DNA of 24,067 nucleotides from a bacterium (GCA_046758365.1 JBHIAC010000033.1:1-24067); one strand, 5' to 3'; numbered from the stretch's first letter, positions 7,721 to 17,526 are shown. Notes: generated by a model from the sequence alone, not told the origin. Numbers and translations: made by a program.

Positions 7721-9922
7721 TTATTCAACAGAAAATTCATTTGTATTTTCTATTATCACAAATCTCACATCATTTTCAACTTTTTGTCCACTATTCAAAT
7801 CCGTGATTCTAATGGTTAGCATATATTTTCCAGATATAGCATTCGCTAATTGTATAGAACTATGGTGGCGTTCCATTTTTAAATTTCCTATATATCTATA
7901 CGAAGTGCTCACCTGAGTAACTTTCGTCTTACCTAATCCAAAGATTCTACCAACACGAGAGGCAAGATTGGCTAAGGTACTTTTATCGCTTTTTAATGGC
8001 TGAAGAATGGATTCCACCTGGTAATGCGAAAGATTATTTTCATCTAGACTCAAATTGTATATTTCAAAATACACAAAAACAGGTTGATTGGGGGTGAATG
8101 TATGAAAAAGACTAGGAATAATATTTAGATTACCAATATTATAGACCGGGAATGACAAATTGGTTTCAATTTTGCAGGCTAATAGTAAATCGCTCATGTC
8201 AAGTCGCTTTTGACGAAATGGTCGTATATTAATTTGTTCCCGAAATATACCTACATTACCTGAATTTTCATCTTCAAGTTCCAGGCAAAAACGATACTTT
8301 CCTGGTTCCAATTCCAATGGATGTCTGTCAAGCAGAAAATGTGAATCCTGTTTATCAACGGTACCAGCTATAGAATATTTGCGTAATTGTATCGTTCTTG
8401 AAATGTCTTGCCAATTTTCATCAAATATAAAAACACCTTTTTTTAGCATAGCCTTGATAGAGTCTCCCCAGGCCGTAAGGCTGACATGATCGCGAGGGAC
8501 CCCGTAATATAATTCAATTTTTGTTTTACCAGAATCCCCTTTGAATTGGGTAATCAAATGTGGTAACTCGAATTTAATGCCATTAAAGTTATGGTCATAA
8601 TAATCTGGCAGGTCTTTTATCAGCTTACCGAACAAGTATTTAGAATCTTCATCTGGATTGAAACTGCGTTTGAAAGTAAAATTGCGGCTTAAATAAGGAT
8701 CTTCAAAACTTAATTGGAAATCGTCATAGTCCCAGTATTCTTGCGACGGTATCAGTGGATTCCCACGAGAAGCAAGTTCCAAATAGGGGCGGGTACGAAA
8801 TTTAACTTTTGGAGCACCAAAACGAATATAGGCTTTTCCTCGATCCGTCCTCCACCCTTCTATTCCTTTTTCTGGAAATCCGAAACGCATATTAGCATAA
8901 GCAAATCGACTGTAATGTTCTAATATTCTTTCATTGTAATCGGTAATAAAATAGGGGTCTCGTTGCTTCCAAAATATGATTTCGAATTCCTGCTTTTCTT
9001 TACCGCTTAAAGCAGCAAATTGTTTTTTTAACTGCGGATTTAAAAGCAGTTCTATGGAATTAAAAAGAGCGAGTTCCTGCTCAGACATGTATAGTTTTGC
9101 CTTGTTATAGGACTCATAGGCCGAATCATACCTACCCATGCGATGATAAGCAAGCCCTAAAAAAAGATAAAAATCTTTGTTATTGGGCTCGGCATCGATA
9201 GCCTTTTGTAAATAATCGGCCATAGATTTATAATCATATAATTCATACTGCATGAGGGCTAAATGGTAATAGGCCTTGGCAAATTTCGGATCCAGGGCTA
9301 CGGCTTTATTAAAATATTTCACGGCCTCTAACAAATCTTCATTGGCGTATTTTTTGAAATCAAAAACGATGTACCCCTGAGGGCTAATCAAATCTTGATA
9401 CCAAAGCATATCCTCTTTTTTCATAAGTCCTAAATAATAATATGCTTCGGCATTATTAGCATCAAGTTTTAAAACTTTTTTAAACCGACTCTTAGCCGCG
9501 CCTTGCATACCTTTTTTAAGTAACAATTTGGCCATAGAGAGATGATACCTAACATTTTTACGATCTAAACGTAAAGCCTTTTCTAAAGACCGAGTAGCTT
9601 TCATGCGACCTTCGATGGTACCTAATTTTATATAAAGAAGTGCCAATTGATGATAAGCTTCAGCAAATTTTCGATCTTTGTTTACCGCTACTTTAATTGC
9701 TTCAATAGCGGGTAAGATTTTTCCTTGTTTGTAAAGCGATAAACCCTGGTTAAGATAGTCCTGGGCGGTGAAATTAACCTTACTTTGAGAATCAGTATAT
9801 TTATAAGAAATAATGAATGATAAAAAGATTAGAATAAAAAATTTATATCGTTTATTATACAACATAAATCTTACAAAGGTATGCAAACTAATTTTTTCAC
9901 GATAATTAAGAGGACATTTCAA
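7721..9922 (-). CDS. GWxTD domain-containing protein with N-terminal TPR repeats
   Basis: Multiple TPRs (AEAYHQLA, AEAYYYLG, AKAYYHLA), FWKQRDP...NER..EHY.R..YA, GWRTDRGKAYIRFGAP, and C-terminal Ig-like segments. The true start may be the ATG at 9865. Confidence 0.88.
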   Translation of the reverse strand: MKCPLNYREKISLHTFVRFMLYNKRYKFFILIFLSFIISYKYTDSQSKVNFTAQDYLNQGLSLYKQGKILPAIEAIKVAVNKDRKFAEAYHQLALLYIKLGTIEGRMKATRSLEKALRLDRKNVRYHLSMAKLLLKKGMQGAAKSRFKKVLKLDANNAEAYYYLGLMKKEDMLWYQDLISPQGYIVFDFKKYANEDLLEAVKYFNKAVALDPKFAKAYYHLALMQYELYDYKSMADYLQKAIDAEPNNKDFYLFLGLAYHRMGRYDSAYESYNKAKLYMSEQELALFNSIELLLNPQLKKQFAALSGKEKQEFEIIFWKQRDPYFITDYNERILEHYSRFAYANMRFGFPEKGIEGWRTDRGKAYIRFGAPKVKFRTRPYLELASRGNPLIPSQEYWDYDDFQLSFEDPYLSRNFTFKRSFNPDEDSKYLFGKLIKDLPDYYDHNFNGIKFELPHLITQFKGDSGKTKIELYYGVPRDHVSLTAWGDSIKAMLKKGVFIFDENWQDISRTIQLRKYSIAGTVDKQDSHFLLDRHPLELEPGKYRFCLELEDENSGNVGIFREQINIRPFRQKRLDMSDLLLACKIETNLSFPVYNIGNLNIIPSLFHTFTPNQPVFVYFEIYNLSLDENNLSHYQVESILQPLKSDKSTLANLASRVGRIFGLGKTKVTQVSTSYRYIGNLKMERHHSSIQLANAISGKYMLTIRITDLNSGQKVENDVRFVIIENTNEFSVE

Positions 9923-10029
9923 ATAAACAGCAAAACATAGTTAAAATTATAAAATAAAAATTTGGTATGCAAACAAAAATTTCAAAAGAAAATTATAATT
10001 TTAGATATAACTTTTGCTGAGTAATATAT

Positions 10030-10076
10030 AAAATAAAACGGCAATTGCAGCGAAAAGACTACTACAATTGCCGTTT
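10030..10076 (-). terminator. Rho-independent terminator after the hypothetical lipoprotein gene
   Basis: Minus strand AAACGGCAATTGTAG-loop-CTGCAATTGCCGTTT, followed by TATTTT. Confidence 0.8.
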
Positions 10077-10102
10077 AGTTTAGAGGAAAGGAGGAAGGAT
10101 GA

Positions 10103-11260
10103 CTATTTAGAAACCATAGAATTCTTTTTATTTAAAACAAACTGCCATGAAGCGTATTTTTCGAGAATTTCTTTTATGGCTCCTCCGCCGCTTTCACCCA
10201 AGACACCAACCAATACTCTAAATTCGCCCATATTCACATCTTCGCCAAATTTTCGGTGCAATTGATCCATTAAATCTATAAAGTCCATATCCAAATCCTG
10301 ATCAAATATCAAGCCCAATTTGGTACTTAATTCATCTGGGTTATATAGATATGCTCGGGTAAGCGTTTTTTGTGCCATACGATTGAGATATTTTAAATCA
10401 TCCAATTTCTCCTGCCATTTAGGATTTTTTTCAATCATTGTGAGTAAAGTAGTCTCAGTGGATGTTAATTCTTCACCCAAGCTGGATTTTTTATTCAAAT
10501 AACTTATATAAGAAGTAGCCAATCCTGCTTCTATTAAAGATTCCACCACCGCTTCTAATTGAAAACCATATGACGAGGTTAAAGGTGAAAAGGAACCCTG
10601 TGGCAGCCTCATGCCGAGTCCTCGATCCTGAGCTTCTGACTTTGAAGAAAAAACATCCTCTTCTTGAAAATGTAGTTTTTCTTCCTTCTTCTCCATCTCT
10701 TTAGAAACCGGTTTAGTTTCTGCCACCTCTTCTTTAATTGGTTCAATAGTAGAAGCTTGCTTTTCTCCAGTGGTTTCTTCTTTTTGTGCGTTTGATTCTT
10801 TCTGCTTCATCATGATAAAATATTTAAATTCATTTTCCGTCATTTCAGCAATAGGCTTTTTTTTGAGTTCTTCGTACTGAAAATCACCCGTTTTATCAAC
10901 CTCTGATTCTGTAACTTCTGTTATGGTTTCTTTTTTGACAGAATCTTTTTCCTTGGCCTTTATTGTATCTCCCTTTCGGTAGGCATTGTAATCATCAACA
11001 GAAAGTATGCTTCCATCAGCAATTCTAATTCCCTCGATACGCTCCACATTTATAACTTCGCCGTACTCGTATGCCTTCCTCCAATCCTTTGCTTTGAAAA
11101 CAACTTTATTATGCCAGATATCCAACACATTGGCCTCAATTTTATCGCCATTTTTAAGAATAATCGTAATGGTTTCCGTTCTTTTTATGGAGGACGTCGA
11201 AGCACATCCAATAAATAATAAAATTATAGTAAAACACAAAAAGGAAGATTTTTTGAACAT
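10103..11260 (-). CDS. Hypothetical lipoprotein
   Basis: The start is probably ATG 11260 (AGGTG upstream) rather than 11299. Lipobox LFIGC, a small beta-rich N-domain, a Glu/Lys-rich linker and a helical C-domain. No family recognised. Confidence 0.7.
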   Translation of the reverse strand: MFKKSSFLCFTIILLFIGCASTSSIKRTETITIILKNGDKIEANVLDIWHNKVVFKAKDWRKAYEYGEVINVERIEGIRIADGSILSVDDYNAYRKGDTIKAKEKDSVKKETITEVTESEVDKTGDFQYEELKKKPIAEMTENEFKYFIMMKQKESNAQKEETTGEKQASTIEPIKEEVAETKPVSKEMEKKEEKLHFQEEDVFSSKSEAQDRGLGMRLPQGSFSPLTSSYGFQLEAVVESLIEAGLATSYISYLNKKSSLGEELTSTETTLLTMIEKNPKWQEKLDDLKYLNRMAQKTLTRAYLYNPDELSTKLGLIFDQDLDMDFIDLMDQLHRKFGEDVNMGEFRVLVGVLGESGGGAIKEILEKYASWQFVLNKKNSMVSK

Positions 11261-11315
11261 TGTAGCACCTATTTGATTTTTAGTTTTGACTAAGATCACC
11301 TTACTTGAAAATACA

Positions 11316-11354
11316 ATATTTTTGAATAAATGTTCCTCTATTATTCAAAAATAT
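11316..11354 (-). terminator. 14-bp perfect inverted repeat after the FadL-like gene (terminator-like hairpin)
   Basis: ATATTTTTGAATAA-11 nt-TTATTCAAAAATAT, about 24 nt after the stop at 11378. The stem is AT-rich and the U-tract is weak. Confidence 0.5.
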
Positions 11355-11377
11355 ATTTAAGGTATTAATCGAAAATA

Positions 11378-12685
11378 TTAATATCGGAAGGCAAGGGTAA
11401 CAAAAACTTTATTAACTTTGATATCCTCTAAATAATTACCTATATCATCGGTTTCGTCTAAACCAGAATTGTAACTTTTCCAAAATCCATGAACATAAGC
11501 AACGTCTAATTTAACCTGTTTATTCAATAGAAAGCCTAAACCTGCCGTATAAAATTGTTTGTCTTCATCAGGATCCCTATTCTGCAAAATTGACGGATCC
11601 TTTATATACCCAGCTCTGAAGCTTAGTCCTGTTAAAGGAAGGGTGAACTCCGCCCCTAAATGAATCCGAGTAGTTGGTCTATAATTATCCCGAATCAGTC
11701 GATTCGCCTCGGTTTCTGATAAACCTTCAATTGGCGGTTCGGTTGTATATTGTATCTGAGACCAGTCGTTATATTCTACATCTCCAGACAAAACAAAATT
11801 AAGAAGATTAATCGACGCACCGGTTGTAAAAGTCCAAGGGGATTGGATTTTATATTCAAAAATTCCAGTATCGAGAGAATCATCAAAAGTTCCGTCGTCA
11901 AAAATTAACTCCTCATTGAATGACCACTCTTCTTCAACTTTAAAGGTTGTAGGCGTTGAAATAGTTGCTCCGAATCGAATAAAACTATTAAGCCTGTAAA
12001 GGGCACCAAGTTTTACATTGACTCCGTTAACATCTGATTTAAGATTATTTTCAACAGTATAAGATTCAAATGTATAATTATCATCTCTATCTTGCTCACG
12101 AAATGTTGATTCAAAATCATCGCCACCTGTCCAGAAATTTAACCCTACTCCAACGGATAAATTTTTGGATATATCTACAGCACCTGCGAGTATCCAGGCG
12201 TTTAAACCTCCATTTTGTAAATCTCTCCAAGCTTGATTCACCAAATCATTTTCAGTTGAATTGAACCATTGAAAAGCAAAATTAGAATCATAAGATTTTA
12301 TTCGATTAAAGCCAAATGAAAACACTAAACTTCCTCGAATAGTAGGAACTGGGTAGGCAAGGCCAAAATCTTTTAATTTTGTAAAAGATGCGTCATGCTC
12401 TGTTGCAAAAGCGCTAAATTCAGTTGTATTTTCACTCTTGAGATGACTTATAGAACCAAATACTTCAATTCTTTTAATATCAGCAAGGGCTGCAGGATTC
12501 CAAAAAGAAGCAGAATAATCTCCACCAATTGAAGTAAAAGCACCACCCATCCCCAAGGCTCTTGCACCAGTACCCAGTTGAATTCCCAAGGAGAAGATTT
12601 CTTCCTGCGCTTTGCTTGTCCTTATAGTCAAAAATATTAGGAAAATTACTAAAAGCAACCCGATTTTATTTTTGTTCATTAACAT
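11378..12685 (-). CDS. OmpP1/FadL/TodX-family outer-membrane transporter
   Basis: Signal peptide, GARALGMGGAF...D.SASFWNPAAL hatch motif, beta-strand pattern and a C-terminal aromatic (FRY). Confidence 0.85.
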   Translation of the reverse strand: MLMNKNKIGLLLVIFLIFLTIRTSKAQEEIFSLGIQLGTGARALGMGGAFTSIGGDYSASFWNPAALADIKRIEVFGSISHLKSENTTEFSAFATEHDASFTKLKDFGLAYPVPTIRGSLVFSFGFNRIKSYDSNFAFQWFNSTENDLVNQAWRDLQNGGLNAWILAGAVDISKNLSVGVGLNFWTGGDDFESTFREQDRDDNYTFESYTVENNLKSDVNGVNVKLGALYRLNSFIRFGATISTPTTFKVEEEWSFNEELIFDDGTFDDSLDTGIFEYKIQSPWTFTTGASINLLNFVLSGDVEYNDWSQIQYTTEPPIEGLSETEANRLIRDNYRPTTRIHLGAEFTLPLTGLSFRAGYIKDPSILQNRDPDEDKQFYTAGLGFLLNKQVKLDVAYVHGFWKSYNSGLDETDDIGNYLEDIKVNKVFVTLAFRY

Positions 12686-12723
12686 TTTTGCATCACCTTT
12701 TTAATATCATATCATTAATGCAT

Positions 12724-13818
12724 TTAATGTCTACTTCTTCGACTGGAAGAAGATCTTTTTGCGGAGCTTGATTTAAAGCTGCTTTTAGAACTTCTTACCG
12801 GAGAGTTACTTCTGCGTAAACTTGAACCACTGCTCTTTTTATTAAACTTAACATATTTTCTATTCGTAATTCTACTTTTTTTATTTCCCTGGTTAGTGCT
12901 GTTACGTCTGATATTTGATTTGATTCCTTTTTTTGAACGCCTATTTTTATAGCTTGAATTATTTTTACTCTTACCAGTTGATTTCACAACCGGTTTTATT
13001 TTTGAAGTTCTGATGTTTTTCGATACAGGTCTTGACGACGGTTTCTTAGTTTCATTGCTAATTGCAGATTTTTTCTTTCTTCGGTTAGTCTTATCTTTCA
13101 GAGAAGGTGAATGGGATCTTTTATTACCTGATTTCTCAGATTCGACTGCAATTCCATCAGATTTACTTTTTCTTCTTCGCCTTATCGATTTTGAAGATTT
13201 CTCTTCACTATCCCCGCTGGTTTTATTAAGGCTTCCAGTTCGACTAGTACTTTTTACTGCTACTCTTTGGGAATCGTATCCAAAATCATCCTCAATCCTA
13301 TTTCTTCTACGCGTGAAACTTCGTTTTTTAGATGGTATAGAATTCACATTTGAATAATAAACTGGATAGTATGAATAATAACGACCTGGACTCCTAAGAC
13401 AACCATAGCGAAAGTAAGAACCACCATAATACCAGTAAGGATCGTACCAATAATATGGGTCATAATAATAAGGATCATAATACCCTATATAAAAGGAGAG
13501 ATGATTTGAATAGGGCGAATAATAATTATAAAAATATGGATCAAAAAATGGATCGTACCACCAAGGGTCAGGATAATATCCATAATAATGGATATCATGA
13601 TAATACTTACGTATTATATGGTCTTCCTCGTATTCTGCATCCTCTTCCTCTACATATTCTTCTTCATCCTCATAATCCTGATTTTCTTCCACATAAATTT
13701 CTTTATCTTCGCTTTGAACATGAGGTTTGGCAAGTTGAGTATAACAACCTGAAAGGAAAAAGGTTGAACTTAAAATAAATATCAACCACTGATAATTTAA
13801 TATTATTAACTTCTTCAT
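12724..13818 (-). CDS. Lipoprotein with acidic, Tyr/Pro/Trp-rich and long Ser/Lys/Arg-rich low-complexity segments
   Basis: Strong RBS AGGAGAGGA, lipobox FLSGC, repeated YDP(Y/W/F) units, and a basic C-terminal half. It lies directly upstream of the FadL-like gene. Confidence 0.75.
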   Translation of the reverse strand: MKKLIILNYQWLIFILSSTFFLSGCYTQLAKPHVQSEDKEIYVEENQDYEDEEEYVEEEDAEYEEDHIIRKYYHDIHYYGYYPDPWWYDPFFDPYFYNYYSPYSNHLSFYIGYYDPYYYDPYYWYDPYWYYGGSYFRYGCLRSPGRYYSYYPVYYSNVNSIPSKKRSFTRRRNRIEDDFGYDSQRVAVKSTSRTGSLNKTSGDSEEKSSKSIRRRRKSKSDGIAVESEKSGNKRSHSPSLKDKTNRRKKKSAISNETKKPSSRPVSKNIRTSKIKPVVKSTGKSKNNSSYKNRRSKKGIKSNIRRNSTNQGNKKSRITNRKYVKFNKKSSGSSLRRSNSPVRSSKSSFKSSSAKRSSSSRRSRH

Positions 13819-13883
13819 TTTATCCTCTCCTCTAGTAACGATTTAAGTTTTATGCGGTCTTAAAGTTTATTCATTAAAATTTA

Positions 13884-13900
13884 TTGCAAACGTCATGCCA
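13884..13900 (-). promoter_or_regulatory. Sigma54 (-24/-12) promoter for the lipoprotein-FadL operon
   Basis: Minus strand TGGCATGACGTTTGCAA matches the TGGCAC-N5-TTGCW consensus with exact GG-N10-GC spacing. It lies about 65 nt upstream of the ATG at 13818. Confidence 0.75.
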
Positions 13901-13985
13901 TTAATTTTTAATTAAAAAACTAAATTGCATGCACTATTTCTAACGATTTACTTTAAAATTTTGTTCTAAATTTTAAGATAAAAAA

Positions 13986-14041
13986 TTAGCCATGATGATG
14001 ATTGGTAAAAAAATTAGCATTGGTTGCTAACTTAGTTAGCA
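13986..14041. promoter_or_regulatory. Cluster of TTAGC(A)/TGCTAA half-sites, candidate enhancer (UAS) for a sigma54 activator
   Basis: Overlapping perfect inverted repeats TTAGCA-5-TGCTAA (14014-14030) and TGCTAAC-3-GTTAGCA (14025-14041), plus TTAGC at 13986. They lie 85-140 nt upstream of the -24 box. Confidence 0.45.
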
Positions 14042-14054
14042 TTTGTGTAGATTT

Positions 14055-14681
14055 TTATTTCCTAAGATCAAAACGATAAGGCTGGGTTATCCAATATCCA
14101 ACTGGCTTTTTTCCTTCTCTAGCAGGGAAAAATCTACTTCCATAAGCTGCTTCAATTGCGGCTTGTGCGCATTTCTCACTTCCCGTGGAATTTTCAATTA
14201 CAATTACCTCAACTACATAACCTTTTTCGTCAATATGGATGCTGAGTTTGACCACACCTTGTATTCCCCTTTTTTTCTCGTCCTCGGGAAATTCGGGGAA
14301 AACCCAAGCCATGGGTCGTGGTGGCGTTAGTGGAACAGTACCTAAGCCTGTCATGCCTTCTGGAATTTGGTCAAAAAAAGTGTCATATTTCAGTGTAGTC
14401 TCTTCGATAGTCTCATCCTCGGGAATGCTTTCATCATCGGAAGGCACTGGTACGCTTGGTTTAGGTGGGGGTGGCCTTCGTGCTACTTGGCGTGTTATTG
14501 GGATATTCTCTAAAGTTAATATTATATTTTTGGGCTGTTTTGCTTCTATCACCACATCTACTCTAGGTGACATATAAATCAATAAAATAAAAATCATCAA
14601 AGTCAGAATTAATGCCTTTTCAACATTAATTCGATATTGAGACATAAAATCAGCTTTAATTTTTTTGAATTCTATCTGCAC
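14055..14681 (-). CDS. tonB: Energy transducer TonB family protein
   Basis: N-terminal TM helix, Pro-rich linker (RRPPPPKPSVPVP) and TonB C-domain (PEFPEDEKKRGIQGVVKLSIHIDEKG...FFPA...YRF). The start codon is uncertain. Confidence 0.85.
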   Translation of the reverse strand: MQIEFKKIKADFMSQYRINVEKALILTLMIFILLIYMSPRVDVVIEAKQPKNIILTLENIPITRQVARRPPPPKPSVPVPSDDESIPEDETIEETTLKYDTFFDQIPEGMTGLGTVPLTPPRPMAWVFPEFPEDEKKRGIQGVVKLSIHIDEKGYVVEVIVIENSTGSEKCAQAAIEAAYGSRFFPAREGKKPVGYWITQPYRFDLRK

Positions 14682-14863
14682 GGGTTTTTAGTAAACTGTC
14701 ATTTCGAATCCTAATGGCTATCAGATATTTTTTAACTATAATTATTTAAAACAAATAGAATAAAGATGACACGGATTAAACATATTTTCACCGATTTATT
14801 AAAATTAATGATAAATTTATCGCCATAATTTATTTGATTATTTTGAAGCTATTCCACTAAATT

Positions 14864-14889
14864 AAAAAACCCCATAATTTTGGGGTTTT
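14864..14889 (-). terminator. Rho-independent terminator at the end of the bat operon
   Basis: AAAACCCCA-6-TGGGGTTTT immediately after the batE stop, with a T6 run on the minus strand. Confidence 0.75.
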
Positions 14890-14893
14890 GAGA

Positions 14894-15679
14894 TCATATC
14901 TTTTTTATAACCTCTGCTTTCAGCCAACCCACTTTACCATCAGAAAGCTTAATTTTAGCCCATGCTCCAGAGCGATCTTTTATTTGCACTTTAACCCCTT
15001 GATGTAGTGTGAACACATCAGTGCCTGCTTCACCAGGCGCGCTTTTAACATCAACTTTGTCTACTACTACAATACCTTCAATTTTGGCTTCATTTTCATA
15101 TATTCTGATGGAAAAAATGCCTGCAAAAATAAATAATAAAATACTGGATAATCCAATAGAAATATTAGCGAGTCTTCTAAATTGGCCTGCCCTTAAAAAA
15201 ATACGTAGTAAAATCAACGCGATCAAAATCAAATAAATGGCTATGGTTGTGACGCCTAATGTGTGCAAGTTCATCAAGTGAACAAGATTTGAAATCCATG
15301 CAAAAAGAAAAAAATGGGGAATTTGGGGTATTCGATCTACTACGGATAAATTTGCTAACTCAAGATTAAACTTGATGTCTTCGTTTTTTGGATTTAACCT
15401 TTTGGCCCGTTCAAAATACAAAATAGCCTGTCCAATCTGACCTTCTTTAAAATAAGCGTTTCCTAAATTAAAATAAACCCCCCAACTCTCATATCCACTA
15501 TTTATAATTTTTTTATACTCAGCTATAGCCGATTGATAATCGCCCTTTTGATAATATTCATTTCCTTTTAAGTAAAAGGAGTCTATTTCGCCAGCAAAAG
15601 ACCTACCCAAAAGTAACGGCGATAATGATAGCATAATAATTTGGTAAAATCGTTTTTTAATCTGGCGAACCACCTTCAA
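14894..15679 (-). CDS. batE: BatE-like TPR + TM + SH3b protein
   Basis: TPR (YFNLGNAYFK..IGQAILYFERA), two TM helices, C-terminal SH3-like (LHQGVKV...W.KI.L.DGKVGWL), and operon position. Confidence 0.85.
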   Translation of the reverse strand: MKVVRQIKKRFYQIIMLSLSPLLLGRSFAGEIDSFYLKGNEYYQKGDYQSAIAEYKKIINSGYESWGVYFNLGNAYFKEGQIGQAILYFERAKRLNPKNEDIKFNLELANLSVVDRIPQIPHFFLFAWISNLVHLMNLHTLGVTTIAIYLILIALILLRIFLRAGQFRRLANISIGLSSILLFIFAGIFSIRIYENEAKIEGIVVVDKVDVKSAPGEAGTDVFTLHQGVKVQIKDRSGAWAKIKLSDGKVGWLKAEVIKKI

Positions 15680-17526
15680 ATTTCCTTTTCTAAATTAATA
15701 ATAGCTTTTTTAGCCTTTTCAAAAAATTCTTGCATCTCACCATTGTCCAAATTAGTGGGTGCAAATCGCCGGTAGTCGCAAGTTTGTAAACAATCTAAAT
15801 AATCAGAAACAATCTCCTTATCGATGTGGTATGTTCGTAGCATTTCAGCCACCTGATCTGTTATGAGACCAGCGGCAGATACATTTAGCTTGTCTCCAAT
15901 GAACCCCATGAGTGCTTTAGAAACTTCACCGTAAAACTCTCTCAGATTGCCTTTATTCATTTGTATTTTAGCTTTACGCAAACGTTTCAGCGCCATCTGG
16001 TTCGCTTTTCGGCTGCGTGCATAAGCCACATTTGTACTTAATTTATCTAAATGCTTTCTATATCCAAATCCACCACCCAAAATTAAAAGAGGAAGCATTA
16101 AAAGCAAATAAAAGGGCCAACTTTTATAAAATATGGATCCAACTTGATGGAATTCAGGCAAACGTAATTGAATAAACCGAATATCTTGGCCAATGAATTT
16201 AATATCTTCCTTAGAGGTACCCACTCCCACAGCAACCAATGGTTCATCACCTTTTGTGACGGATATTTCGATTGGATCAGTTAATAATGTTTTATAGGAT
16301 TTTGTAGACAAATCGAAATATGAAAACGAAATTGGCTTTATTATTTGATTTCCAGGAAATCGTGGAATCAAGACATACTCAAAAGATTTACTACCTGAAA
16401 TTTGGTTTTCTTTCCTCTGAATATTTTCTATAATTTTTGGATCATAGACTTCAAAGTCTGGGGGGAAACTTACTTTTGGTTGAGGAAGAAATTTTATATT
16501 CCCCTTTCCAGAAATTTTTAATCTCAACGTAACAGCTTCATTAGTTTTGACCTCTTTTTTATCAACTGTAGTTGAAATTAAATACTTCCCAACAGCACCT
16601 GAAAAATCGGTTGGTTTACCTTCTTGCGGTAGAGGAAGAACTTCGATAGAAATAGGATTTGAATTAAGGGTGCGTGTTACAGTTTGTGTAAGTCCGAAAA
16701 AAGGATCATCAAAGAAACTGTCAAATATATCTCGCCTTGAGCGTCTCTTCCGAACTTGAACTTCGCATTCAACAATTAAAGGATCCAGAGTTTTATTGCC
16801 AGGACCTTGTGGAAATAATGCCACCTTTTTAATTTCTGCTACTCTGAATCTTCGTCCGTTAATTACTTCATCAGAGAGAGTAGGCCGCTGAGGTGTAGGG
16901 AACTCTTCTGTCCAAAAGCCGACCGTATTGGGTAGCTGGGATATTCCATAACTGGATACATTAACCGCGGTATAAATTTTGTAAGATACAATTACGGGTT
17001 CATTTTGATAAACACGACGCTTGTTAACGTTTGCCTTCAAAAATAAGAGCCCTGATAAATCTTCAGTGTCTCTTACTGTGGGATTTTGAGTTGGAGTTCT
17101 TTTCTGAGGAGGAGTTGTCTGGCTTTTTACAATTTCAATGGTAATAGCAGCCGATGAAAAAGTTTTACCCTGATAGTCAAGTTTTATTGGGTCTATCTGA
17201 AATTTACCCACTTTCGTGGCTATAAAATGATGCGTAAAAGTTTTAGTGACAGACATTCGACCATTAATAAATTGAATATTTTGGGAACTGCTGGACCCTA
17301 AATAAGCTGCAAATTCTTCTAAATTTGGTGAAGGAGGCTGCGGCGCCTGATTGGCATCTGAGCCTGAAAGTTCAACCGACAGTTCGAATTGTTGGTTTAA
17401 TCCTATGGTGGTTCGATTCACATAAGCTTTAATTTCAAGATCCTGACCAAAGATTAAAGGTGACCAAGCTAAAATAAAAGAGATTATTAAAAAGTCTGCA
17501 AATCTGATTTTTAATTTAGCAATCAT
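15676..17526 (-). CDS. batD: BatD family protein
   Basis: Signal peptide, SSSQNIQFINGR, VYQNEPV, FSGAVG, GKGNI, and a TM helix near the C-terminus. It follows batC. Confidence 0.9.
   Translation of the reverse strand: MIAKLKIRFADFLIISFILAWSPLIFGQDLEIKAYVNRTTIGLNQQFELSVELSGSDANQAPQPPSPNLEEFAAYLGSSSSQNIQFINGRMSVTKTFTHHFIATKVGKFQIDPIKLDYQGKTFSSAAITIEIVKSQTTPPQKRTPTQNPTVRDTEDLSGLLFLKANVNKRRVYQNEPVIVSYKIYTAVNVSSYGISQLPNTVGFWTEEFPTPQRPTLSDEVINGRRFRVAEIKKVALFPQGPGNKTLDPLIVECEVQVRKRRSRRDIFDSFFDDPFFGLTQTVTRTLNSNPISIEVLPLPQEGKPTDFSGAVGKYLISTTVDKKEVKTNEAVTLRLKISGKGNIKFLPQPKVSFPPDFEVYDPKIIENIQRKENQISGSKSFEYVLIPRFPGNQIIKPISFSYFDLSTKSYKTLLTDPIEISVTKGDEPLVAVGVGTSKEDIKFIGQDIRFIQLRLPEFHQVGSIFYKSWPFYLLLMLPLLILGGGFGYRKHLDKLSTNVAYARSRKANQMALKRLRKAKIQMNKGNLREFYGEVSKALMGFIGDKLNVSAAGLITDQVAEMLRTYHIDKEIVSDYLDCLQTCDYRRFAPTNLDNGEMQEFFEKAKKAIINLEKEI

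Noticed and set aside
9878..9974. 11-bp direct repeat GGTATGCAAAC (9878-9888 and 9964-9974) upstream of the GWxTD gene
   Set aside because: Only two copies. The TTGCA halves lack a GG at sigma54 spacing, so I cannot distinguish this from chance.
13836..13950. Direct repeat TAACGATTTA (13836 and 13941) flanking the sigma54 promoter
   Set aside because: It does not match the IHF consensus well, and two 10-mers in very AT-rich DNA may be chance.
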